A stretch of DNA of 64,000 nt, from assembly GCA_965277715.1 (NCBI GenBank), contig OZ255836.1, forward strand, positions 3,776,001 to 3,840,000, read 5' to 3'. The notes under the pieces were generated by a model, which was given only the letters and a program-made list of their open reading frames with translations, did not search any database and was not told the origin of the DNA. A program made the translations under genes and the position numbers. Below are positions 9,993 to 19,868 of the stretch, in pieces. The number at the start of each line of letters is the position of its first letter. The stretch's first letter is position 1. The DNA is from Gammaproteobacteria bacterium (lineage in GTDB: Bacteria > Pseudomonadota > Gammaproteobacteria > JBCCGL01).

Positions 9993-10994
9993 TCAGGTTT
10001 TTTCGTCATAAAATGTCGGACAATAAGTCAACAACCAGTGTTTAAATTGACTCAATGCCGGGTGGTTTAGGCGCCTCTGTAGTAAGCGAATGACTCTTGG
10101 CAGGTGTTGTAAGTAATGGTTTTTCCCGTCGCGTTGGCTCAACCGCACAAACAGACCCGCGACTCGGGTGTGCCGCTGTGCGGCGAGAATAGCGCAGTCT
10201 GTTGTAAAGTCATTCAGGTTGCCGGTGGCTTGGCTGTTTGCCTGGTAGCGCTGTATACATTCCGCAAAAATACCGGATGGAATATCACGCCGGGCATCCT
10301 CTAAAACGGACATTAAATCATAGGCCGCAGGGCCAATGGTGGCGTCCTGAAAGTCCAGCAGACCACAGCGTTGTACACCACTGCGGTTTTCTAACAGCAT
10401 GGCATTGTCGATGTGAAAGTCGCGCAGTACCAATACGTCGGTACTGGCGCTAAGCTGCTGTAGGGCAAATTGCCACGCGGTTATGTAATCGTCCCGTGCC
10501 GTTTTTTTATCGGTTTTCTGTATTAAAGGGTAATACCATTCGTAGAAAACCAGCGTTTCCTCAAGTAAGGTAGTTTCCCGTCGGGGTAGGTCGATGTGCT
10601 TTGCATTGTCAGGGTGGTTGTGCAGGGCCAGTAGGCAGTCAGTGGCCAGTAGGTAGAGTGTGCGTTCGTCATATTGTCTGGCCAGTAGGCGGGTAAAGGT
10701 TTGGTCGCCAAAGTCTTCGAGGATGATAAATCCTTTTTTAGGTTCGATATGGTAAATACGGGGTGCGCTTAAGCCCAGCTTTAGTAAGTGTTCGGCAATA
10801 TTTGCAAAGGATGTGACCGATTCTTTATCCGGTGGTGCGTCCATTAGTAATGCGGGTTTTGGCCCGCCCTGTAAGCGGAAATACTGACGGTGGGAGGCAT
10901 CCTGGGCAAATGCGCGCAGTGCGGTGTTTGCCCAGGGGGTGGTGTTTAGGAATTGTGTGCGTTGTTGTTTGCGTGAGGGGAGGTGGGTTGTCAT
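9993..10994 (-). CDS. Phosphotransferase of the AmgK/APH family (MurNAc/GlcNAc kinase-like)
   Basis: DASHRQYFR, MDAPP, LEDFGD, RDFHIDN, LDFQDA, YDLMS. Confidence 0.8.
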   Translation of the reverse strand: MTTHLPSRKQQRTQFLNTTPWANTALRAFAQDASHRQYFRLQGGPKPALLMDAPPDKESVTSFANIAEHLLKLGLSAPRIYHIEPKKGFIILEDFGDQTFTRLLARQYDERTLYLLATDCLLALHNHPDNAKHIDLPRRETTLLEETLVFYEWYYPLIQKTDKKTARDDYITAWQFALQQLSASTDVLVLRDFHIDNAMLLENRSGVQRCGLLDFQDATIGPAAYDLMSVLEDARRDIPSGIFAECIQRYQANSQATGNLNDFTTDCAILAAQRHTRVAGLFVRLSQRDGKNHYLQHLPRVIRLLQRRLNHPALSQFKHWLLTYCPTFYDEKT

Positions 10995-11304
10995 GGTGTG
11001 CCCAGTGCGGAATTTAGGTTTAACAGTAGTAGAAAGTATTACTACTAGGTCGTCAATTTTGAATTGATGATTTTGTGGGTAGCGTTAGGGTGTTATGGGG
11101 TTTCGCTCACGCCCCTTACCCACGCCCTGTGGGCAAGAAGTAACCAAAAATGTGCTTGGGCTACACTTTATAGTAGAGATAATAGAGGTGTTTAAACCCA
11201 GTGCGCTAAAGACCCGCGTTTTTATTGGCATTTTCTAGGCGCACTGCAAGTGACATTTAACCAGGTTCAAATATCACCTCTATCTATCAGGTAAGCTTAA
11301 AGTT

Positions 11305-11961
11305 ATGAGTAGAAACGATGATAAATACCGTTTTTCCGCCAGTGAAAAACCTTCATTACCCTTGGTCCCGGTGCCGCTGATTGAAGCGCGTGATGATACG
11401 GTGAAGGCGTATGGCTGTCTGGTCGACGATCCTTCTGCATTCTCTATCGAGATTGTTCGGTGGCCCGCACAGGGTTGGCGCCCGGTCGACGATGGTACAG
11501 GGGATGAAGGGGGTTTTGTCGAAGGTGTGTTCCACGGTGAGTGGCAGGGGGATGTGTTGATGGGGCACAATGAGGCTGTGGATGGCCATTATGTGCTGGG
11601 CTGGAGTTGTGACCCACAGCGAGCGCAAGCCGACCATGCGTCGGTGGCGCGTGAGCAGGTATTGCTCTGGCATTTAAATTACCATCCAGATGGCGGGCAG
11701 TTATTTTTCCCACTGGATAAGCAGCCGTTTGTGGTGCCGGTGGCGTTGCCTGGTGATGATCTCAAGCCGGAGCAGGTTGTGGCGTTTTGGTGCGATGGCA
11801 GCCGGGGGTTGTATATCCACCCGAATATCTGGCACGAAGGAATTTTTCCTGTGGGGGATAAGCAGCGGTTTCTCGACCGGCAGGGTAAGGTGCACGCACG
11901 GGTAAGCTGTGACCTTGCAGAGGAGTTTGGGGTTTATTTATCTGTGCCGTTGATGCTGTGA
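11305..11961 (+). CDS. Ureidoglycolate lyase-like cupin
   Basis: NYHPDGGQLFFP and HPNIWHEG motifs. Confidence 0.65.
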   Translation: MSRNDDKYRFSASEKPSLPLVPVPLIEARDDTVKAYGCLVDDPSAFSIEIVRWPAQGWRPVDDGTGDEGGFVEGVFHGEWQGDVLMGHNEAVDGHYVLGWSCDPQRAQADHASVAREQVLLWHLNYHPDGGQLFFPLDKQPFVVPVALPGDDLKPEQVVAFWCDGSRGLYIHPNIWHEGIFPVGDKQRFLDRQGKVHARVSCDLAEEFGVYLSVPLML

Positions 11962-11978
11962 CGTAGAGGATCAGACGA

Positions 11979-13157
11979 CTATGGTGATACTGCCAGTGAG
12001 TAGCCCCGCAGCCGCTGGGAGAATTCCTGGAGTGCCTGGATACCGCTTTCCTCGGCACGTAGGCACCAGTCCTGTAAATCCTGGTGCAGTTTTTCCTGGC
12101 TGGCACCGGCGCGCTCCCATATCGCCTGCAAACTATGGCGGAACTCATATACCGTTTTTAATGGGTCGCTGGCATTGAGTGCTGTGCTTAACCGGCGGCG
12201 CTGCACGCCGTCCATCAAACCATCAAAGCAAATCAGTGCACGGCGGGCGCTTTTCAGTTTGCGCCCGAGCCGCTTGTCTGCCTGAGCCACTTCCGCCCGG
12301 TGGACGGGTTTTATCACCCGGTTGGCGTAGTGCGCCATCAGGTGCATACGGCTGCGAAAAACCGCTTTGACAGTGTCCATGTCGATGGCCGATTTGTTAC
12401 CGTCAATAATGGGTTTTGGGGCGATGCGCCGGACAGCCGCCAGTTTGCAGGCGCGCAGTAAACAAATATAAAACCAACCCAAATCAAATTCCCAACGGCG
12501 CGAAGACAGGCGCGCAGAGCTGGGGTAGGCGTGGTGGTTGTTGTGCAGCTCCTCGCCACAGATCAGTATCGCCCAGGGCACTACATTGGTGGAGGCGTCG
12601 TCGGTTTCGTAGTTTCTATAACCCCAGAAATGGCCAATGCCATTGATAACACCGGCCGCGAGCAGCGGAATGCAGAGCATTTGTACAGCAAATACGGTCA
12701 GCCCAATCGGGCCAAACAGGGCGATGTCGATCAATGCCATGATGACAATACCGCCGTATTTTCGTGGGGCGTAGAGGTGCTTTTCTATCCAGTCATTGGG
12801 TGTATCATGGCCATATTTTTCCAGCGTATGTTTGTTGCGGGCCTCGTTTCGATACAGCTCAACGCCCTCCAATAATACCTGGCGCAGGCCATATACCACG
12901 GGGCTGTGTGGGTCGTCTTCCACTTCGCAGCAGGCGTGGTGTTTGCGGTGTACAGCAACCCATTCGATGGTGCGCATTGAGGTGGTTAGCCACAGCCAAA
13001 ACCGGAAGAAGTGGCTTACTATCGGGTGGAGGGCCAGGGCTCTATGTGCCTGGCAGCGGTGTAGGTAAATAGTGACTGAGGCAAGGGTAATGTGGCACAT
13101 CACGAGGGTAATGAGGGCGACTGACCATAGGGACAAATCCAGTAAACCAGTGAGCAT
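11979..13157 (-). CDS. Acyl-lipid delta-9 desaturase (DesA type) with ISL3-like C-terminal helical domain
   Basis: His boxes HRCQAH, HRKHH, HNNHH. Confidence 0.9.
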   Translation of the reverse strand: MLTGLLDLSLWSVALITLVMCHITLASVTIYLHRCQAHRALALHPIVSHFFRFWLWLTTSMRTIEWVAVHRKHHACCEVEDDPHSPVVYGLRQVLLEGVELYRNEARNKHTLEKYGHDTPNDWIEKHLYAPRKYGGIVIMALIDIALFGPIGLTVFAVQMLCIPLLAAGVINGIGHFWGYRNYETDDASTNVVPWAILICGEELHNNHHAYPSSARLSSRRWEFDLGWFYICLLRACKLAAVRRIAPKPIIDGNKSAIDMDTVKAVFRSRMHLMAHYANRVIKPVHRAEVAQADKRLGRKLKSARRALICFDGLMDGVQRRRLSTALNASDPLKTVYEFRHSLQAIWERAGASQEKLHQDLQDWCLRAEESGIQALQEFSQRLRGYSLAVSP

Positions 13158-13267
13158 TACGATAATGCCTCTCTATCAAAAACCATAAATAATTAAGTGT
13201 CCCGGCGTAGCTAAGGCGAGGTACTATAGGTCATCGGCCTGATAGCGTCCATACTTGATAGCAGGTT

Positions 13268-14101
13268 TTGGTACGGCTACACTCGCTGCCGGTAACGGTC
13301 ATTTGGTTTATCTTGAATTATTCATCATCGCAGACAATACCGCTGTTAGCGGCGCGGGGTATCAGTCGTCGCTTTGCCAATACGGTTGCCGTACATGAGG
13401 TTGACATTCATCTGGCGTGTGGTGATGTTGTCGGTTTTCTGGGGCTGAATGGCGCGGGCAAAACCACCACTTTGCGCATGTTGTGCGGTACATTGGCGGC
13501 GGACAGCGGCGAGATTTTTATCGATGGCTTTGATGTGCGCCGCGAACCTCAGGCAGCGCGTGCACGGCTGGGTTTTTTACCCGATACCCCGCCACTTTAC
13601 CCAGAGCTCAGTGTCGATGAGTTTCTACGCTATTGCGCCAGGTTACGTCGGCTGCCCAAAGCGCATATCACCGATAGTGTTGAACGCGTCAAACAGCAAA
13701 CCGGGCTTGAATCACGGGGCCGACAACGCATTGCCGGGTTGTCACGGGGGTATCAGCAACGGCTCGGTATCGCCCAGGCCATTATCCACCAGCCCACCGT
13801 GGTGGTACTGGATGAACCCACCAACGGCCTGGATCCGCGCCAGATTGAAGAGATTCGCACCCTGATTGCGGCGTTGAGCGGGCACGCTGCTGTATTGCTT
13901 TCCACGCACCTGCTGGCGGAGGTCTATGCGGTGTGTAATCGTGTGCTGATTATCCACAAGGGTGTTATTGCGTATCAATCTACGCTGGATGCGTTATCCG
14001 GGCCGGATGCGCTGGCGCAGACGTTCTTCCGTATTACCGGGGAGACGGCCGGGGTAGAGACAGCCGGGGTAGAGGCGACCAAGCCAGAGGCAAGCAGGTA
14101 A
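13268..14101 (+). CDS. ABC transporter ATP-binding subunit (GldA-like)
   Basis: GLNGAGKT, LSRGYQQR, LDEPT; true start probably slightly downstream. Confidence 0.9.
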   Translation: MVRLHSLPVTVIWFILNYSSSQTIPLLAARGISRRFANTVAVHEVDIHLACGDVVGFLGLNGAGKTTTLRMLCGTLAADSGEIFIDGFDVRREPQAARARLGFLPDTPPLYPELSVDEFLRYCARLRRLPKAHITDSVERVKQQTGLESRGRQRIAGLSRGYQQRLGIAQAIIHQPTVVVLDEPTNGLDPRQIEEIRTLIAALSGHAAVLLSTHLLAEVYAVCNRVLIIHKGVIAYQSTLDALSGPDALAQTFFRITGETAGVETAGVEATKPEASR

Positions 14102-14850
14102 TGATTCTCACGATTACCCAAAAAGAATGGAAAACCCTGTTTCGATCACCGTTGAGCTGGGTGGCGCTGGCGGTGATACAAATTGTATTTGCCTGGTTAT
14201 ACCTGTTGGCATTGGAGGGGTGGTTGCAAATACAGGCACAACGCGCCCTGCAGGGTGGCAGCCAGGGGCTTACCGACTGGCTTATCGATCAATGCTTTGC
14301 CCCGGCCAGCACGGTATTGATGGCGGTGGCCCCCCTGTTGACGATGCGGCTGCTGGCTGATGAGCGGCGCACCAGTGGTATCGAGCTATTGTTGTCTTCA
14401 CCTGTGGCGCCGGGGCATATTGTTTTGGGAAAGTTCCTGGCGGCGCTGGGTATCTACGCCGTGTTGTTGTTACAGCTTGCTGCCTTACAACTGGTATTGC
14501 TGCCATTTATTGCGATTGATCTGGGTGCACTCGGTACAGCGTTACTAGGCTTGCTGTTATTTTGCGCCGCCTGCTGTGCTATTGGGGTGTATTTTTCGTG
14601 CCTTACCCGGCAGTCATCGGTTGCTGCGCTGGGCAGTTTTGGGGTGTTGTTTTTGCTGTGGGTGGCCGGTATTTCGGCGGGCGCGCCCGTGTCTAATAGT
14701 GTGTTCACCTATTTATCGATTGCGGGGCATCTCGATGCTTTTTTAAACGGATTGCTCGATTCTGCCGATGTCTTCTATTACCTGTTGGTGTGCGCTGTAT
14801 TTTTGAGTATGGCAGTCCGCCACGTCGATAATCTGCGGATGCAGCCGTAA
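14101..14850 (+). CDS. ABC-2 permease (GldF-like)
   Basis: PLLTMRLLADERR..ELLLSSP..IVLGKF; ~6 TM. Confidence 0.88.
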   Translation: MILTITQKEWKTLFRSPLSWVALAVIQIVFAWLYLLALEGWLQIQAQRALQGGSQGLTDWLIDQCFAPASTVLMAVAPLLTMRLLADERRTSGIELLLSSPVAPGHIVLGKFLAALGIYAVLLLQLAALQLVLLPFIAIDLGALGTALLGLLLFCAACCAIGVYFSCLTRQSSVAALGSFGVLFLLWVAGISAGAPVSNSVFTYLSIAGHLDAFLNGLLDSADVFYYLLVCAVFLSMAVRHVDNLRMQP

Positions 14851-16184
14851 TGGCGCCCACGGTGATACGGTTAAAAAGTGTCTTGTTTGTCGGTGCTTTG
14901 TTGTTGCTTGCGGCATTGTTGGCCTGGTTAAGCGTGAATCACTCTGTACAGATCGATACGACCGCGCAGGCCAGGCACTCGCTGTCGGTGGCTTCAGTGC
15001 GTGTTGTGCAATCGCTGGATGGCGCGCTGCGTATCGATGCCTGGCTGGAACCGAATGCACAGGCAAAACGCCAGATTGTGCGTATGATCGATCGCTATCA
15101 GCAACACAAAGCAGATATTGCGCTGCATTTTATCAATCCGGTGACTTCACCTGCGCAGGCACGCGAAAAAGGTATTTATGCGGGGGGGGAGTTGATTCTA
15201 CACTGGCGGGGGCGCGAGCAGCGGTTGCGGTCAATCAGCGAAAAAACCATTACTTATGCGCTGATGCGTTTGTTGCGTGAAAGTCAACCGATAGTCCGTT
15301 TTGTCAGTGGGCACCTGGAACGGCAGCCGGATTCAGCCGCCCGCCAGGGCTATCAGCAATTTACCCGGCACTTGCGCACGCTTGGTTTTCGCGTGGAAAC
15401 ACTGAGCCTGATCAACACCCCGGTGGTGCCAGCCGATACCGATGTGCTGGTGATTGCGGCAGCGGCGGGAGGGTATTTTCCCGGCGAGTCGGCCAGTGTT
15501 GTTAACTACCTGGAGAGTGGTGGCAATCTGTTGTGGTTGCTGGAGCCGGGCTTGCCCAATGCCCCTGTCGAGCTTGCCGCAACGCTGGGGCTATCGGTAT
15601 TGCCAGGGGTGATTGTCGATGTGGCCAGCCAACAGTTGGCGGTCGATACACCTGATTTTGCGGTTATTGACCACTACCCGGTGCACCCGGCGTTACCCGA
15701 ACGCCTGCCAACCACCTTATTTCCACAGGCGGTGGGCTTGTCTTTTCCGGCGGTATTTGGCTGGCAGTTGCAGCCACTGCTGGTGACCAGTGAAAAGAGT
15801 TGGAACGAGACTGGCCAGATTGCCGGAAAGATCAGCTACAACCCGGATAGCGAAGAGCGGGCGGGGCCATTGCTACTCGGCGCGACACTGCAACGCCAGC
15901 GCGGGGTGCGTGAGCAGCGTGTGGCGGTCATCGGGGATGCCGATTTTTTGGCCAATAGCTGGCTGGGTAATGGTGGTAATTTGTACCTTGGCCAACAGTT
16001 ATACAACTGGCTGGGTGGGCATCAGCCGTTGCCGGTGATTGCGCCTGTACAGGCGGCCGATGCGCAACTGATCCTGCCGGGGTTCGCGATCGGTGCATTG
16101 GGTTTTGGGTTTCTTGTTATTTTACCGGGCGTTTATCTATTGTTGGCATTTCTGTGTTGGCGCAGAGGTCTGCTGTGTGGTTAA
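14850..16184 (+). CDS. GldG-family ABC auxiliary protein
   Basis: N- and C-terminal TM; GHLE, GGNLL, IGDADFLAN. Confidence 0.85.
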   Translation: MAPTVIRLKSVLFVGALLLLAALLAWLSVNHSVQIDTTAQARHSLSVASVRVVQSLDGALRIDAWLEPNAQAKRQIVRMIDRYQQHKADIALHFINPVTSPAQAREKGIYAGGELILHWRGREQRLRSISEKTITYALMRLLRESQPIVRFVSGHLERQPDSAARQGYQQFTRHLRTLGFRVETLSLINTPVVPADTDVLVIAAAAGGYFPGESASVVNYLESGGNLLWLLEPGLPNAPVELAATLGLSVLPGVIVDVASQQLAVDTPDFAVIDHYPVHPALPERLPTTLFPQAVGLSFPAVFGWQLQPLLVTSEKSWNETGQIAGKISYNPDSEERAGPLLLGATLQRQRGVREQRVAVIGDADFLANSWLGNGGNLYLGQQLYNWLGGHQPLPVIAPVQAADAQLILPGFAIGALGFGFLVILPGVYLLLAFLCWRRGLLCG

Positions 16185-16195
16185 GCGCTGGCAAA

Positions 16196-16215
16196 CCGTC
16201 AATATAAGGTAGACG
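16196..16215 (+). repeat. 20-bp dispersed repeat, family B (possible IS-end remnant)
   Basis: CCGTCAATATAAGGTAGACG; 19/20 identical to 25863-25882. Confidence 0.6.
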
Positions 16216-16393
16216 ACGCGCTAGGCTAAAGTTTCCAGCACCATAGACGTTAACGTATACAAGGCATTTGTTTAATAACAGGCACTATTTGAACCTATGC
16301 AATTACATGTGACTCTTAAATTTTTTGTAAAAATATAAATAGACAGCTATAGCATAACCACTCCCACCCGTTTACAGGTTGAAGCATAACGTG

Positions 16394-19342
16394 ATGACTA
16401 ATACCGCTGAGGGTACGCAGCCTGAGCCAATTAACCATGAACCGATTACTCAGGCAATCAATGCGCTGGGTAGTTACCACCGCTACTTTACTGAAACCGA
16501 TCAGGCGAATCAGTTGGTTGAGTGGGTGTATCGCGAAACGGGGTTCAGCAAAGGCATAGTGCGGGCTGCTGTCAAGCGCATTGCACTGTTTGTACTGGCT
16601 GGGCAAATAAAAGAGAGCGAACAGCAGGCTGAAGCGGCGGCGGGTCTGTTCGCGAAGCTACCGCATTACCATGCATACCTCTGGTTTGCTCACGCGTTGC
16701 TGGATGTGCTCAATGCTAAAGCGGATACCAACACAGCGCTGGATAAGGTGCTACAAGTACCTACCGTGCAAGACTTGGCGGCACTTGATGAAACGCAAAC
16801 GCACTGGGGGCGGTTAAGTCCTGAAACACAGGGCCTGGCACAATTACTGATGGTGCAAAGCCGCGAAGTAGCAAGCCAGCAGCAATTGCAACAACAATTT
16901 ATTGAGGTGATGAAACACCTGCATGCTATCCCGGAGCTGGAAACAACCGAGCACCGCAGAGCACGTTGTGCAGGGGTTGTACCGGGTAGTATGTTGTGGC
17001 TTAACCATGCCGGTCAGCAAACCCAATGCCTTGGCCGCAGTGATTTTATTCAACAGTTAGCCACTTTTTTCTATAAACAGCCCACCTTTAGCTGGTGGGT
17101 TATCACTGGGGCTGGCGGCGTCGGCAAACGGCGGGTTGTTTTTGAAACATTGCAACAGCTACCTTTTGTGTGGTGTAGCGGTTTCCTGCTTAAACAGCAA
17201 TTTAATGCCGACACTGACTGGTCACAGTGGCGGCCTGGCAACCCGACTGTGATTGTTATTGAGGGTGCGGAGGAACACCCACAGGCTATTGCCAATATGA
17301 TTGATCAATTGCACAGCAATCAGGGTGTGTATAACTTTCCGGTACGGTTATTGTTATTGGCACGCCAGGCCGAGGGGCAGTCGTGGTGGAAAAGTTTGGT
17401 GGGGACAATCCCCGGTAGTCAATTGCGTAAACAGTGCCTTTATAAGGGCACCTCTCATACTATATTGCCGCTCAATCAATTTGGGCAAAAGCAGTTATTG
17501 AAAAACCTGCTTCAGGTGCTTGGCAGTAATAGCGAGCTGCCCGCCAGTGACCACCCGTTTTGGTCGCACCTGAATGTCATCAGTGTGGGCAAGCCATTGT
17601 TGGTTGGCATGGTAGCGATTGCTATTGAACAACAGGGGTTTGATGTGGTTGGCGATTATTCCCAGGAGGATTTATTGCAGTATTTACTGGAAAATGAAAA
17701 ACGTCGCTGGGCACCCCAATTAGGCGAGGTGGCCAACAGTGATCAGGCAATGCAAAAGTTTTATCATTTTATAATGATTAACCATATCGCCAGAGAGGTG
17801 TTTACCGACCCTACCAAGATTGAACGCCAGAGTGCTTTATTACTTGCCACTCAAATCGGCAGTAGCGATAAGGTGCTGGGTTATTACTGGAAAAAGGCGG
17901 CTGAAATACGCTTTAACGAGATAGAGGCAGATATTTTTACTGAGTTTTTCGCCTGTGTGCAATGGCGGCAAACCACTGATTCCGGCGCATTAACCATAAA
18001 ACACTACCGCACAGCTGCGTATCTATTGCACCCAGTGAATACCCGTGCATTTATTGTGCAGATGGCGGTGGATTTTCCTGCCGATACCGGTGCTCTTCAC
18101 TGGGTTGATGAACTGCTGGCATTCGTTGCAGACAATACTATGCGCAGCGAAATGGCGCATATTCATCAGGCTGTTTTTGATGTGGTGGGGCAATTATATT
18201 TGCACGGTGAATACAATGTGGCGCTGGATTGGCTGAAACGGGTTACCACAGTGGAAGATCAACATCTGCGTGCACGTGCACTGAACCAGTGTGGCATGCA
18301 AAATCAGCATTTGGGTAATACTGATACCGCATTAGCGGTTTATCAGCAATCTCTGGCACTGTACCGGGAGAGCAGTGACAAATTAAGCGAGGTGCAGGTA
18401 TTAAGCAATATTGCACACTTGTTTGAATCGTGTAAAGACTACGCCAATGCGATGGATTACCGGCAGCAGTTATACGCCCTCCACCAGGAAATAGGTGATA
18501 AGACGGGTGAGGCAACCGCATTGGATATGATGGCAGGCATAGCGCATATCTGCGGTGACTATGATACTGCGCTGAATCACCTTGAACACGCATTGAACCT
18601 TAAACAGGCAGTGGGGGATAAGCGCAGTATAGATAATACCACCAAAGGCATTCTGCGACTCCTGCGGGCACAAGGCGGCCACGATGCGGTGTTGAAATAC
18701 CTGAACCAACAACTTGAGAGTAAGCGGGCGAGTGGTGATAAGGCGGGTGAAAGCGATGTGCTCACTTATTTATCGCACGCCCATAAAGCGCACAGCAATA
18801 ACGGCACAGCGCTGGATTATATGAAGCAGGTGCTGAGTATTAAACAGGCCATTGGCGATAAAGTCGGCGAGGGTATTGTATTGAATGAAATCGCCACGGC
18901 GGAACATGCGCTTGGCAGCCATCACCGTGCGTTGGATTACTTGCGACAGGCATGGGTTATAAAGCGTGAAACAGGCGATAAGGCAGGTGAAGGCACTGTA
19001 CTGAACAATCTCTCTCAAATTCACGATGCACTTGGTGATCGTGCGACAGCGCTGAAGTATTTGCAACAATCGCTGAAGCTCCAGGGACAGGTCGGTGATT
19101 GGAGCGGTATGTGCCCAACGCTGTTTAATATTGGCCTTAATTATTGGCAGGATAATGAACAACAAAAAGCGATGGCAAACTGGTTGGAGATGTATGGCAT
19201 TGCAACAAATATTCATCAAACGCAGGCAATCCAGACACTGGAAAAACTGAGCAATCAACTGGGTTTGAAAGGGGGCTTAGCTAAGTGGGAGGAACTCTGG
19301 AAGGCCAAGGTAGAGAATATTATGGATAAACCGCCTGAATAA
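16394..19342 (+). CDS. STAND-like P-loop ATPase plus C-terminal TPR repeat protein
   Basis: VITGAGGVGKRR Walker A-like, VIVIEGAE Walker B-like, PVRLLLLAR, GKPL; ~40-aa TPR repeats (GDKxGE...L) in the last ~370 aa. Confidence 0.8.
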   Translation: MTNTAEGTQPEPINHEPITQAINALGSYHRYFTETDQANQLVEWVYRETGFSKGIVRAAVKRIALFVLAGQIKESEQQAEAAAGLFAKLPHYHAYLWFAHALLDVLNAKADTNTALDKVLQVPTVQDLAALDETQTHWGRLSPETQGLAQLLMVQSREVASQQQLQQQFIEVMKHLHAIPELETTEHRRARCAGVVPGSMLWLNHAGQQTQCLGRSDFIQQLATFFYKQPTFSWWVITGAGGVGKRRVVFETLQQLPFVWCSGFLLKQQFNADTDWSQWRPGNPTVIVIEGAEEHPQAIANMIDQLHSNQGVYNFPVRLLLLARQAEGQSWWKSLVGTIPGSQLRKQCLYKGTSHTILPLNQFGQKQLLKNLLQVLGSNSELPASDHPFWSHLNVISVGKPLLVGMVAIAIEQQGFDVVGDYSQEDLLQYLLENEKRRWAPQLGEVANSDQAMQKFYHFIMINHIAREVFTDPTKIERQSALLLATQIGSSDKVLGYYWKKAAEIRFNEIEADIFTEFFACVQWRQTTDSGALTIKHYRTAAYLLHPVNTRAFIVQMAVDFPADTGALHWVDELLAFVADNTMRSEMAHIHQAVFDVVGQLYLHGEYNVALDWLKRVTTVEDQHLRARALNQCGMQNQHLGNTDTALAVYQQSLALYRESSDKLSEVQVLSNIAHLFESCKDYANAMDYRQQLYALHQEIGDKTGEATALDMMAGIAHICGDYDTALNHLEHALNLKQAVGDKRSIDNTTKGILRLLRAQGGHDAVLKYLNQQLESKRASGDKAGESDVLTYLSHAHKAHSNNGTALDYMKQVLSIKQAIGDKVGEGIVLNEIATAEHALGSHHRALDYLRQAWVIKRETGDKAGEGTVLNNLSQIHDALGDRATALKYLQQSLKLQGQVGDWSGMCPTLFNIGLNYWQDNEQQKAMANWLEMYGIATNIHQTQAIQTLEKLSNQLGLKGGLAKWEELWKAKVENIMDKPPE

Positions 19343-19383
19343 ACTGACTGAATAAACCAACTGAATAAACCAACTGAATAAAT
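19322..19383 (+). repeat. 13-bp tandem repeat across the stop codon
   Basis: ~4.8 units of CTGAATAAACCAA consensus. Confidence 0.85.
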
Positions 19384-19418
19384 CATTTGGGTGAGCGTTT
19401 GAGAGCAGTTCCCGGTAT

Positions 19419-19868
19419 TCACCCTTCACCCCGGTACTCGGCGGCTTCGATCCATCCCATGTGGCCAAAACCGGCAATATAGCGCACCTGTTCAACATGG
19501 AGCCTGAAGAAATGAAAATCACCCAATGACAAATACTGGGCGGCATTTGGGTGCCGCTCAAGATAAATGTGCTGGATAGTGGTGTCACTGTCTGTCTGTA
19601 TTGCTCTCCCCAGTAGTGTAACGCGTGGTTGGCTGAGCACTTCGCGGGTGTGTAGGCTGGGCGCAATGAGCACTGAGGCGCGTGCGTTGCGTTGCAGGTA
19701 GCTACGGTGTTCGGCCAGTTGGCTTAGCAGCATAATAATATCGCCATTGTCTGCGGCAGCAATTTCAACAACCGACCCATAAGGTGTGCCGTCGTCACTG
19801 AGCGATGACAACACAGCACTGCTGGCCTGCCCGGCGAGTGCGCGTGCCATGTTGGCGAGTGTTGTCAT
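19419..19868 (-). CDS. Pyridoxamine 5'-phosphate oxidase/HugZ-like FMN-binding split barrel
   Basis: PYGSVV, LSQLAEH, RVTLLG, DFHFF, IAGFG; ATGA overlap with glnG. Confidence 0.8.
   Translation of the reverse strand: MTTLANMARALAGQASSAVLSSLSDDGTPYGSVVEIAAADNGDIIMLLSQLAEHRSYLQRNARASVLIAPSLHTREVLSQPRVTLLGRAIQTDSDTTIQHIYLERHPNAAQYLSLGDFHFFRLHVEQVRYIAGFGHMGWIEAAEYRGEG

Noticed and set aside
11081-11150. REP-like remnant (TTTCGCTCAC..AAGAAGTAACCAAA)
   Set aside because: Single degenerate copy; only weak similarity to 25820-25860
14042-14073. 15-bp duplication (ETAGVETAGV) at the ABC ATPase 3' end
   Set aside because: In-frame slippage in an unstructured tail
19322-19383. CRISPR-like repeat
   Set aside because: 13-bp units without spacers; no cas genes
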